Source: Betaproteobacteria bacterium (GTDB lineage Bacteria > Pseudomonadota > Gammaproteobacteria > Burkholderiales > Burkholderiaceae_E). From it: a stretch of 64,000 nucleotides of DNA. Position 1 is the first letter of the stretch. Every line of letters begins with the position of its first letter. Both the position numbers and the translations under genes were made by a program. Positions 31,060 through 40,246 of this stretch are shown here, piece by piece. The notes under the pieces were generated by a model. It saw only the letters and a program-made list of their open reading frames with translations, searched no databases and was not told where the DNA came from. The stretch spans positions 12,678-76,677 of the forward strand of contig JAPOHX010000001.1 in assembly GCA_029979245.1 (NCBI GenBank), in the 5' to 3' direction.

Positions 31060-32400
31060 ATGTTCGACGTCCTGCTGGCAACATTCGGCTTTGCGCTGAT
31101 GTTCGCGCTGATGTTCCTGCGAGTGCCGATCGGCATCGCGATGGGGGTCGTCGGCATCGTCGGCTACGGCATCAAGGGCGGCTGGGGACCGGCGCTCGCT
31201 CTGCTCGGCCAGGTGCCCTGGAGCGTGGTCACCGACTACAGCTTTTCAATCATCCCGATGTTCGTGCTGATGGGCGCGTTCGCAGCAGCCTCGGGCATGA
31301 GTGCCGACCTGTTCCGGATGGGCGAGACCTGGTTCGGCCATCGCCGCGGCGGGCTGGCGATGGGCACCGTGGTGGCCTGTGCGGGCTTTGCCGCGATTAA
31401 TGGCTCCTCAGTGGCCACCGCGGCGACGATGACCACAGTGGCACTGCCCGAGATGCGCGAACGCGGCTACGATCCGGGCTTTGCGGCCGGCGTGATCGCC
31501 GCCGGCGGCACGATCGGCATCATGATTCCGCCGTCGGTGATCTTCGTGCTGTACGGCATCATGACCGATACCGATATCGCCAGGCTGTTCTTTGCCGGGG
31601 TGCTGCCGGGGCTGCTCGCGGTCGCGATGTACACCGTGACGATCTTCGTGCTCGGACGCCTGCGTCCCGACTGGCTGCCGCGTGGCGAACGGCACGGCCG
31701 CGCCGAGCGTTGGCGTTCGCTGCGCAACATCTGGCCCGTGGCGCTGCTGTTCCTGTTCGTGCTCGGCGGCATGTACGGCGGCTTTTTCACGACCACCGAA
31801 GCGGCCGGCATGGGCGCGATGGGCGCGCTGCTGATCGGCGTGGCCCGCGGCACGCTGTCGCGCCAGGCGATTATGGACAGCCTGGTCGGCTCGCTTCGGG
31901 TGACCGCATCGATCTTCGTGGTCGTGATCGGCGCCTACCTGTTCGGCTACTTCCTGACGATCACGCAGACCACGCAAGCTCTGGTCAGCTGGCTCAGCGC
32001 GCTGCCGATCGGTGCCTACGGCATCCTGGCGCTGATCCTGGCCGGCTATCTGGTGCTCGGCGCGGTGATGGACGAGCTCGCGATGATCCTTCTGACGGTG
32101 CCGATCGTGCACCCGGTGATCCTGCAGCTTGGCTTCGATCCGATCTGGTTCGGCGTCATCATCGTGATGGCGGTGACTCTCGGCATGATCCTGCCGCCGG
32201 TCGGCATCAATGTGTTCGTGATCAATTCGATCGCCCGCGACATCAGCCTGCCGCGCATCTACCTGGGTGTCGCGCCCTTTGTTGCGAGCGATCTGTTGCG
32301 CCTGGTGATCCTGGTGGCGTTCCCGTCGATCTCGCTGGCCTTGCCCGCCGCGATGGACCTGCCGCTGCTGCAGTCGCTGCGCGATTTTTTCGGATCATGA
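31060..32400 (+). CDS. dctM: TRAP transporter large permease
   Basis: IPMFVLMG, GSSVATAAT, GTIGIMIPPS, GMILPPVG. Confidence 0.92.
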   Translation: MFDVLLATFGFALMFALMFLRVPIGIAMGVVGIVGYGIKGGWGPALALLGQVPWSVVTDYSFSIIPMFVLMGAFAAASGMSADLFRMGETWFGHRRGGLAMGTVVACAGFAAINGSSVATAATMTTVALPEMRERGYDPGFAAGVIAAGGTIGIMIPPSVIFVLYGIMTDTDIARLFFAGVLPGLLAVAMYTVTIFVLGRLRPDWLPRGERHGRAERWRSLRNIWPVALLFLFVLGGMYGGFFTTTEAAGMGAMGALLIGVARGTLSRQAIMDSLVGSLRVTASIFVVVIGAYLFGYFLTITQTTQALVSWLSALPIGAYGILALILAGYLVLGAVMDELAMILLTVPIVHPVILQLGFDPIWFGVIIVMAVTLGMILPPVGINVFVINSIARDISLPRIYLGVAPFVASDLLRLVILVAFPSISLALPAAMDLPLLQSLRDFFGS

Positions 32401-32529
32401 CTCGCGGCTTGTGAGCCGCGCAAGATCACGCCAGGCGCCAACCCCGAGGCCAATCGACCCCGGTCAGCGCCGAGTTCGGCTACCCTTGCGGCTTTCCACG
32501 TTCAACCCACACCCGACAACACACTCATC

Positions 32530-33639
32530 ATGGCCGATTTTCAGATCCCCACTCCCGCCCTGCACCGCTGGGTCGTCGACCTGTTCCGCGCCGCCGGCTC
32601 CAGCGAGCGCGAGGCCACGCTGACCGCCGACCACCTGGTCGGCGCCAACCTCGCCGGCCACGACTCGCATGGCGTCGGCATGGTGCATCGCTACGTCAGC
32701 TCGCTGCTTAACGACGAGCTCAAGCTGAACCAGACCGTCAAGATCGCCAGCGAAACCGGCAGCCTGCTCGCGATCGACGCAATGCGTGGCATGGGTCAGG
32801 CGGTCACGCATCAGGCGATGGAGATTGCGATCGACCGCGCCCGCAAGCATGGCGTTGCGGTGATGGGCCTGCGCAATTCGCACCATCTGGGTCGCGTCGG
32901 ACACTACGCCGAGCAGGCGGTGGCGGCCGGCATGGTGTCGATTCACTTCACCAACGCGATCAGCAGCCCGCCGATGGTGGCGCCGTACGGCGGCTCCGAG
33001 GCGCGCTTTCTGACCAATCCGTTCACGGTGGGCATTCCGCGCACCGACGGAAAACCGATCGTGCTCGACTTCGCCACCAGCGCGATCGCGCACGGCAAGG
33101 CGCGAGTGGCCTACAACAAGAAGGTCAAGGTTCCGGCCGGCAGCCTGATCGACGCGCAGGGCAACCCCACCGAAGACCCGGCGGTGATGTTCGAGCCTGC
33201 GCAGGGCCCGCATGGCGCGCTGATGCCCTTTGCCAACCACAAGGGCTATGCGCTGGCGATGGTCTGCGAGCTGCTCGGCGCGGCGCTGACCGGCGGCGAG
33301 ACCACCCACCCGGGCAACATGACCATGAAGTTCGCGATCTGGAACAACATGCTGACGCTGGTGTTCGATCCGCAAAAGCTCGGCACCGGCGAGCGCTTCG
33401 AGCAGGAAGCACGCAACTTCGTCGACTGGGTGAAGTCAGCGCGGGTATCCGAGGTCGGCAAGGAGCTCGGTGGCATCATGATGCCGGGCGACCCGGAGCG
33501 CGTCTCGCGTGCCAAGCGCGCGCAGTTGATGCCGATCGATGCCGGCACGATGGCGCAGATGGATCAGGCCAGCGCCGCGGTCGCCGGACGCTTCGGGCAG
33601 TCGCCCGGCCCGCTGTCGGCGCTCGAGCGCGGCTGCTGA
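32530..33639 (+). CDS. Ldh_2 family malate/lactate/ureidoglycolate dehydrogenase (HcxB/YbiC-like)
   Basis: GHDSHGVG, HHLGRVGHY, TNPFTVG, LDFATS, HKGYALA, PGDPE. Confidence 0.88.
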   Translation: MADFQIPTPALHRWVVDLFRAAGSSEREATLTADHLVGANLAGHDSHGVGMVHRYVSSLLNDELKLNQTVKIASETGSLLAIDAMRGMGQAVTHQAMEIAIDRARKHGVAVMGLRNSHHLGRVGHYAEQAVAAGMVSIHFTNAISSPPMVAPYGGSEARFLTNPFTVGIPRTDGKPIVLDFATSAIAHGKARVAYNKKVKVPAGSLIDAQGNPTEDPAVMFEPAQGPHGALMPFANHKGYALAMVCELLGAALTGGETTHPGNMTMKFAIWNNMLTLVFDPQKLGTGERFEQEARNFVDWVKSARVSEVGKELGGIMMPGDPERVSRAKRAQLMPIDAGTMAQMDQASAAVAGRFGQSPGPLSALERGC

Positions 33640-33667
33640 AGGCCAAGGCACTCAAGAGCCTGCAGCA

Positions 33668-34081
33668 ATGCGCACCTTCGTGCTACCGGTGCTGGTCGGG
33701 TTCGGAGACTGTGATCCGGCCGGCATCGTGTTCTATCCGAACTTTTATCGCTGGTTTGACGCGGCCACGCATCGGATGTGGCAGCTGGCCGGCTATGATG
33801 CGGCGCGCGTCAAACGCGAAACCGGCCTGATCGCCGGCCCGCTGGTCGACACCGGAGCTACGTTCCGTGCCCCGGCAACCTACGGCGACACGATCCAGGT
33901 GCACTCACACATCGAACAATGGAAGCCCCGCACCTTTCGCGTCGCGCACCAGATCCGACGCGATGACGAGGTGCTGGTCGACGGTTTCGAAGTGCGCATC
34001 TTCGCGCGCCCTGATGCGCAGGATCCGGCTCGGATCCGCGCAGTCCCCATCCCGGACGATTTTCGGGCACTGTTCGAATGA
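33668..34081 (+). CDS. 4-hydroxybenzoyl-CoA thioesterase-like hot-dog thioesterase
   Basis: VGFGDCDPAGIVFYPNFYRWFDAA signature. Confidence 0.88.
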   Translation: MRTFVLPVLVGFGDCDPAGIVFYPNFYRWFDAATHRMWQLAGYDAARVKRETGLIAGPLVDTGATFRAPATYGDTIQVHSHIEQWKPRTFRVAHQIRRDDEVLVDGFEVRIFARPDAQDPARIRAVPIPDDFRALFE

Positions 34082-34128
34082 CCTTACGCATGCACGCGGG
34101 CATCGCCTGTACCTGAGGGCATCACCCC

Positions 34129-35085
34129 ATGGACGATTCCAACGACGAGTTCTCCGCATACCTGCGCTTTACGCGCGAGGAATGGGCCGAACTGCGTTCG
34201 AACACGCCGCTGACCCTGTCCCAGAGCGACCTCGCGGCGCTGCAGGGCCTGCACGAGCAGGTTTCGCTCGACGACGTCGCCCAGATCTATCTGCCCTTGT
34301 CACGGCTGCTGAATCTGCACTTTCGCTCGGCGCGCAACCTGGACGGCGTGCGGGACGAGTTCCTGGGTCGACTGGTCGGTCGCCGCCCGTATGTGATCGC
34401 GATAGCCGGCAGCGTCGCGGTCGGCAAGAGCACGTTTGCGCGGACACTGCAGGCACTGCTGTCGCGCTGGCCGGATCATCCGAGCGTGGCACTGATCACC
34501 ACCGATGGCTTTCTGTACCCAAATGCGGAGCTTGAAAGACGCGAACTGATGCAGCGCAAGGGCTTTCCGGAAAGCTACGACCGGCGCCGCATGGTGCAGT
34601 TTCTGGCCGCGATCAAGGCAGGTGAGCCGCAGGTCGATGCGCCGGTCTACGAGCATGCCTCCTACGACATCGTGCCCGGCAAGGTGCAGACCGTCAGCCA
34701 GCCCGACATCCTGATCTTCGAGGGCCTGAACGTCTTGCAGACCGGGACCGTGGACGCGGTCAGGCCGCACACGCCGAGCATCATCGTGTCGGACTTCTTC
34801 GACTTTTCGTTGTATGTGGACGCCGACGAGGCTGACATCCGCGCGTGGTACGTCAAGCGTTTCCTGACGCTGCAGCGAACCGTCTTCCAGAACCCGGCTT
34901 CGTACTTTCACCACTACCGTGATCTGACCGAGGCGCGTGCGACCGAGGTTGCCTGCGACATCTGGGAGCGGATCAACCTGGCCAACCTGGTCGAGAACAT
35001 TCAACCCACGCGCGAGCGCGCGAATCTGGTGCTGCGCAAGCGCAGGGATCACTCAATCGGCGAGATCTGGTTGCGTCAGATCTGA
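34129..35085 (+). CDS. coaA: Type I pantothenate kinase
   Basis: YLPLSRLL, P-loop [41 protein letters not shown]. Confidence 0.93.
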   Translation: MDDSNDEFSAYLRFTREEWAELRSNTPLTLSQSDLAALQGLHEQVSLDDVAQIYLPLSRLLNLHFRSARNLDGVRDEFLGRLVGRRPYVIAIAGSVAVGKSTFARTLQALLSRWPDHPSVALITTDGFLYPNAELERRELMQRKGFPESYDRRRMVQFLAAIKAGEPQVDAPVYEHASYDIVPGKVQTVSQPDILIFEGLNVLQTGTVDAVRPHTPSIIVSDFFDFSLYVDADEADIRAWYVKRFLTLQRTVFQNPASYFHHYRDLTEARATEVACDIWERINLANLVENIQPTRERANLVLRKRRDHSIGEIWLRQI

Positions 35086-35110
35086 GCGCCGCGGCCGCAC
35101 CGGCCGCAGC

Positions 35111-35986
35111 TCAGCCGGCCAGCGCCAGACAGGCGACCCCACTGGCGATCAGCGCTGCACCGGCCAGGCGTCTGGCAAGCTCACCTTCGCTGAGCACGCG
35201 CGCGCCGAGAAAGGCCGCAATCAGCATCGACACTTCACGCGCTGGCGCGACGTGGCTGATCGGAGCAATCGTCATCGCCTGCAGCACCAGGATGTAGCCG
35301 AACGGCGAGAGCAGCGCGACACCCAGCGCTGGCCGCCAGGCCTTGCGCAGCGTGGCACGCAGCGTCGCTCCGCGACGCGCGACCGCCGGCAGCAGCAGCA
35401 CCGCCCGCGCCGAATCCGACAACCAGTAAAACAGCAGCGGCGCGACCCCGAGCGCGCGCACCGCATTGCCATCGTTGACCGTGTAACCGGCGATCAGCAG
35501 CCCGGTGATAGCGCCCCACAACAGCCCGGCGCGCGCACGCGGGGACCATTCGCCCCGCAGCATCGCGGCACCACCGGCAATCGTGAAGGTGCCCAACACG
35601 ATCAGCGCCAGGCCGGCCAGCGAGCCGACGGTGGCCGGCTCGCCAAGTAGCACGATCGCAGCCAGCGCCGACAACAGCGGACCGACACCACGGGCCACCG
35701 GATAGACCACCGACAGATCGCCATGCCGATAACCCGTTTGCAACGTGATGAAATAGAACACATGCAGAAAACCGCTGGCCAGCACCGTGGCCCAGGCCTG
35801 CCATCCGAGCTCGAACAGTTGTGTGTGATGCAACACCAGCGCGAACGGCATCAGCGCGAGCGCGCCGCCGCTCGCTGCGAGCCAGGAAAAGCAGACCGGA
35901 TCGGCATCTGCCTTTTTGAGCATCAGGTTCCAGGTCGCGTGGATCACCGCGGCGACCAGAACCAGCGCCAGCGCGCTCAGCGGCAT
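35111..35986 (-). CDS. EamA/DMT family transporter
   Basis: HATWNL, GDLSVVYPVARG, APAREVS; about 10 TM helices. Confidence 0.88.
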   Translation of the reverse strand: MPLSALALVLVAAVIHATWNLMLKKADADPVCFSWLAASGGALALMPFALVLHHTQLFELGWQAWATVLASGFLHVFYFITLQTGYRHGDLSVVYPVARGVGPLLSALAAIVLLGEPATVGSLAGLALIVLGTFTIAGGAAMLRGEWSPRARAGLLWGAITGLLIAGYTVNDGNAVRALGVAPLLFYWLSDSARAVLLLPAVARRGATLRATLRKAWRPALGVALLSPFGYILVLQAMTIAPISHVAPAREVSMLIAAFLGARVLSEGELARRLAGAALIASGVACLALAG

Positions 35987-36122
35987 CGTGTTCCCCGGCG
36001 CGCGTTGGCCATCAGCTCTTGATGAAGGCGCATCGACGACGTTCGCGACGGCAGAGGCATGATGCAGTTCGCGATGCGCGTCGGTCGACAAGGCCGCATC
36101 AAGTTAGCGGCCATCGCGCAGC

Positions 36123-37085
36123 TCAGGCTTTCAACACTTCCGGATTGACGACACCAGTAGGCGCACCGTTGGCAAACGCAACGATATTGTCGAACGCGGT
36201 GCCCAGGTACAGCTCGTAGCTGTCGCGCTCGACGTAGCCGACATGCGGCATCGCCAACACATTCGGATGTGCGATCAACGGATCGGTGATCGTCGGCTCG
36301 GACTCGTAGACATCAATCGCGGCCATCGCCGGTCGGCCGGCAGCCAGACCTGCGAGTAGCGCCCCGGGCGCGACCAGTTCGGCGCGGCTGGTGTTCACGA
36401 ACAGCGCATCCTTGGGCATCGCCGCGAAATCCTGCGCGCTGACAATGCCGCGGGTTTCGGGCACCAGACGCAGATGCACGGTGGCCACATCGCTGGCGGC
36501 GAACAGATCGCGCTGGCTGGCGACGGTGTCGATGCCATCGGCACGAGCGCGCTCGAGCGATCCTTCGCGGCCGAAGGCGAGCACCTTCATGCCGAAGGCC
36601 TTGCCGAACTGCGCCACCAGCTTGCCGATATTGCCGTAGCCGAAGATGCCGAGCGTGCGGCCACGCACCGTGCGCCCGAGCATCGTCTGCCAGCGACCGG
36701 CGCGCAATGCGGCGTTTTCATGGGCGATGCCACGCATCGCGCCCAGGATCATTGCGAACGTGAGCTCGGCCGGCGCATACGGCGAGCCGGTCCCGGCGAC
36801 CACGACAATGCCACGCGCGTTGCAGGCGGCCATGTCGATATGCGGGCCGGCGCGACCGGTCTGGCTGACGATCTTGAGCTCGGGCAGCAAGTCGATCAGC
36901 TCGCGCGTGACTTTCGTGCGCTCGCGGATCAGCATCAGCGCCTGCACACCAGCCAGGCGCGCGGCCAGACGCGCGGGTTCGGTGATGGTTTCGTTCAGCA
37001 CCAGCACCTCATGGCCGGCAAGGCGCGCAAAGCAATCGAGTGTGCGCGCGCAGTCCTGATAGTCGTCGAGTACCGCGATCTTCAT
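36123..37085 (-). CDS. D-2-hydroxyacid dehydrogenase family protein
   Basis: MKIAVLDDYQ, GYGNIG, NTSRA, PHVGY. Confidence 0.9.
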   Translation of the reverse strand: MKIAVLDDYQDCARTLDCFARLAGHEVLVLNETITEPARLAARLAGVQALMLIRERTKVTRELIDLLPELKIVSQTGRAGPHIDMAACNARGIVVVAGTGSPYAPAELTFAMILGAMRGIAHENAALRAGRWQTMLGRTVRGRTLGIFGYGNIGKLVAQFGKAFGMKVLAFGREGSLERARADGIDTVASQRDLFAASDVATVHLRLVPETRGIVSAQDFAAMPKDALFVNTSRAELVAPGALLAGLAAGRPAMAAIDVYESEPTITDPLIAHPNVLAMPHVGYVERDSYELYLGTAFDNIVAFANGAPTGVVNPEVLKA

Positions 37086-37106
37086 GGGCTTTCGCCTTTC
37101 GTTAGG

Positions 37107-38360
37107 TTATCCGGAATACGCGCGCATCTTCGCGTTGACGGTCTCGATGTCGAGACCAACGATCTTTTTGTAACCCGCGGCGATGTCCTCGAGCTCCTGC
37201 TGCGAGGCGACATCATGCACCTGCGAAAAGCCGTTCGGCGCTCGCTCCTCGAACACCTGAAGCACGTGGTCGGGCCCCTGCGCGCGGTTGGCCATCACGA
37301 TGTTCGCCGTCTTGGGAAGACGATCCGCCTCATAGCGCTCGAAGGCCGACGGCAGATCGGCCACCGGGCTGCCCGCGATCTGGTCGGCCAGCACGCGCGC
37401 GTCGAGCACCGCCTGCGTCGCGCCGTTCGAACCGATCGGATACATCGGATGCGCGGCATCGCCCAGCAATGTGACCCGACCGTGACTCCAGCGCGGCAGC
37501 GGATCGCGATCGACCATCGGGAACTCGAAGTAGTTACTGGCACCGCGAAACAGTGCCGGCACGTCGAGCCAGTCCCAGGTCCAGCTGGCGAACGGCCCCG
37601 CAAACACCTCGAGCCCGACCTCCTTGTTCCAGTCGTGCTTGGGTGGCCCATCGCCGGGCACCGCCAGCTCGGCGATCCAGTTGATCAGCGACTCGCCGCG
37701 CTCGGCATGCGGCCTGGAGATCGGATAGGTGACCAGCTTCTGGTGCGCGTGGCCGGCCATCACCATGCTGCGACCGGTCAGAAACGGCTTGCCGATCGTG
37801 GTTGCCCGCCACAGCACATGGCCGGAATAGCGGGCCGGCCCCTCATCCGGATAGAACTGTCGGCGCAGCGCCGAGTGGATCCCATCGGCCGAGATGATGC
37901 CGTCGGCGCGCCGCAGCCGCCGTTCGCCGCTGGCGCGGTTGAGCAGCGTGATCTCGCCCTTGTCCGGGTCGACCTCGACCGCCTCCCAGCCCGCAGACAC
38001 CGCATCAGCGCCCAGGCGTTCCCGAACCGCTTGCAGCAAAAGCATCTGCAACTGGCCGCGATGAATCGAGAACTGGGGCACCAGGTAGCCAGCCGCCTTG
38101 CCGCGCGGCTCGCTCCAGACCAGTTGGCCATGACGCGTGTAGTAGCAGACCTCGGCGGTCTCGATGCCAGTGGCAGCCAGCCGATCGAGGAGGCCCAGCA
38201 TCGTGAGCTCGGCCACGGCGCTGGGCTGAACATTGATGCCCACGCCCAGCGGACGAAGTTCGGGCGTGGCCTCAACCAGGCTGCAGCGGATGTTGCGCGC
38301 ATGCAGCATCAAGGCCAGGGAGAGCCCGCCGATGCCCGCGCCGACGATCAGAATTTCCAT
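37107..38360 (-). CDS. Class A flavin-dependent aromatic monooxygenase (salicylate hydroxylase-like)
   Basis: GAGIGG, ADGIHS (DG motif), LLGDAAHPMYPIGSNGA (GD motif). Confidence 0.88.
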   Translation of the reverse strand: MEILIVGAGIGGLSLALMLHARNIRCSLVEATPELRPLGVGINVQPSAVAELTMLGLLDRLAATGIETAEVCYYTRHGQLVWSEPRGKAAGYLVPQFSIHRGQLQMLLLQAVRERLGADAVSAGWEAVEVDPDKGEITLLNRASGERRLRRADGIISADGIHSALRRQFYPDEGPARYSGHVLWRATTIGKPFLTGRSMVMAGHAHQKLVTYPISRPHAERGESLINWIAELAVPGDGPPKHDWNKEVGLEVFAGPFASWTWDWLDVPALFRGASNYFEFPMVDRDPLPRWSHGRVTLLGDAAHPMYPIGSNGATQAVLDARVLADQIAGSPVADLPSAFERYEADRLPKTANIVMANRAQGPDHVLQVFEERAPNGFSQVHDVASQQELEDIAAGYKKIVGLDIETVNAKMRAYSG

Positions 38361-38449
38361 GCCGCGAAGATAGCAAATCCTCCGTCGGTTCGACATCGCG
38401 GCATCCTGTGTCGTACCATCCGGCGACCAAAAGACCGGGGAGACGACTG

Positions 38450-39721
38450 GTGAACCTGCAGCCATCCGCCATCGAGATCGCCGCGGCCGTGCTTTTCGCG
38501 ATCGCGATCATCCACACTTTCTCGACCAAGTACTTCGCCAGAATGGCGCACCTGGACACCGCGCATTCCGGCGTCTGGCACCTGCTGTCCGAAGTCGAGG
38601 CAGTCTTCGGCTTCTGGGCGATGGTGCTGTGCGTGTTCATCGCCTTCAACATGGGCGTGGGCAAGGCGGTCGAGTACATCGACACCCGCAACTTCACCGA
38701 ACCGCTGTTTGTGTTCGCGATCATGGTGATCGCCGCGAGCCGCCCGATCCTGCATCTGGCTACCCTGTCGGTGCGTACCGTGGCGGCGATGCTGCCGGTC
38801 AAGCGACCGGTCGCAACCTACTTCGTGTCGCTGTCGCTGGTTCCGCTGCTTGGCTCGTTCATCACCGAGCCGGCCGCGATGACGCTTGGCGCGCTACTGC
38901 TACGCGACGCGGTCTACAAGCAGAAGGTCTCGAACAAGCTCAAATACGCAACCCTCGGCGCACTGTTCGTCAACGTGTCGATCGGCGGCGTGTTGACCCC
39001 GTATGCAGCGCCGCCGGTGCTGATGGTTGCGGCCAAGTGGGGCTTCGACTTCCCGTTCATGATCAGCACCTTCGGCTGGCGTGCAGCGATCGCGGTCTTC
39101 ACGACCGCCTTCCTGGTCACACTGCTGTTTCGTGAGGAACTCAAGCAGCTTGACGCACCTCAGGGCCGGGCCGGCCACGGCCAGATGCCGGCGCCAGTGA
39201 TGCTCGCGCACCTGCTGTTTCTGACTGGCGTGGTGGTGTTCAGCCACCATCCGGCGGTGTTCATGGGCATCTTCCTGTTCTTCCTGGGCTTTACCACCGC
39301 GTACCAGCGCTACCAGGACCGGTTGATCCTGCGGGAGGGCTTGTTGGTGGCCTTCTTCCTGGCCGGTCTGGTGACGCTTGGCGGCTACCAGAAATGGTGG
39401 CTCGAGGCGTTGCTGCTGCAGCTGAACCCGACCGCATTGTTCTACGGTGCCACCGCGCTGACCGCAGTGACCGACAACGCGGCGCTCACCTACCTGGGCT
39501 CGCTGGTCGATGGCGTCAGCGATGCGTTCAAGTATGCGCTGGTTGCGGGAGCGGTCACCGGTGGTGGCCTGACCGTGATCGCGAACGCGCCGAACCCGGC
39601 CGGCTTTGCGATCCTGAAAGGTCACTTCACCGACGATGCAATCAGCCCGCTGGGGCTGCTCTATGCGGCGGCGGGTCCGACGCTGATCGCGATCATCGCG
39701 TTCCAGATCGGGGCGCCCTGA
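38450..39721 (+). CDS. Putative Na+/H+ antiporter (DUF1504 family)
   Basis: HLLSEVEAVFGFWA, ITEPAAMT, TDNAALTY, GGGLTVIANAPNPAG; GTG start after GGAG. Confidence 0.82.
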   Translation: MNLQPSAIEIAAAVLFAIAIIHTFSTKYFARMAHLDTAHSGVWHLLSEVEAVFGFWAMVLCVFIAFNMGVGKAVEYIDTRNFTEPLFVFAIMVIAASRPILHLATLSVRTVAAMLPVKRPVATYFVSLSLVPLLGSFITEPAAMTLGALLLRDAVYKQKVSNKLKYATLGALFVNVSIGGVLTPYAAPPVLMVAAKWGFDFPFMISTFGWRAAIAVFTTAFLVTLLFREELKQLDAPQGRAGHGQMPAPVMLAHLLFLTGVVVFSHHPAVFMGIFLFFLGFTTAYQRYQDRLILREGLLVAFFLAGLVTLGGYQKWWLEALLLQLNPTALFYGATALTAVTDNAALTYLGSLVDGVSDAFKYALVAGAVTGGGLTVIANAPNPAGFAILKGHFTDDAISPLGLLYAAAGPTLIAIIAFQIGAP

Positions 39722-39783
39722 GGTCTCGAGTGCGGCATTGCTGGCCTCGGACCCGATTGATCACGGGTCCTGGGTCCAGGAAG

Positions 39784-39809
39784 AAGGGCCGCATTCGCGG
39801 CCCTTTTTT
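39784..39809. terminator. Intrinsic terminator between convergent genes
   Basis: 9-bp stem AAGGGCCGC/GCGGCCCTT, ATTC loop, T6 tail; A-rich flank on the other side. Confidence 0.7.
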
Positions 39810-39826
39810 CTTGCTGCTGTAGCGAT

Positions 39827-40246
39827 TCATTCGCACAAGGCCCGGAATTCCGGTGGTGCCGGCACAGCACTGATGCGCTTCGGATCGTCCGGGTGGCGGC
39901 TGGCGAACACCCGCTTTTCGACAATCTCGGCGAGCAGCACCTCGTCGCGCATGATCCGGTGGGTTTGCTCGAAGCTCTTGTTGCCCCAGCCGGTGATGCT
40001 GGTGTGCACCTCGATGTCATCGTCATACGACGCGGTGCGCTGGAAGCTGGCACGGGTATCGACCAGCGGCGTGCCGATGATGCCGTGGGACTTGGCAGTC
40101 TCAAACCAGGGCGGCACGCCGCAGGCGCGGAAGAAATGCCGCGACGCGGCGTCAACCCAGCGAAAAAAGTTCGGGAACCAGACAATGCCGGCTGGATCGC
40201 AATCGCCGAATTCGACATGGACTTTGTGGACTTGGATGCGGCTCAT
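39827..40246 (-). CDS. 4-hydroxybenzoyl-CoA thioesterase-like hot-dog thioesterase
   Basis: VEFGDCDPAGIVWFPNFFRWVDAA; overlaps the fcs stop (ATGA). Confidence 0.88.
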   Translation of the reverse strand: MSRIQVHKVHVEFGDCDPAGIVWFPNFFRWVDAASRHFFRACGVPPWFETAKSHGIIGTPLVDTRASFQRTASYDDDIEVHTSITGWGNKSFEQTHRIMRDEVLLAEIVEKRVFASRHPDDPKRISAVPAPPEFRALCE

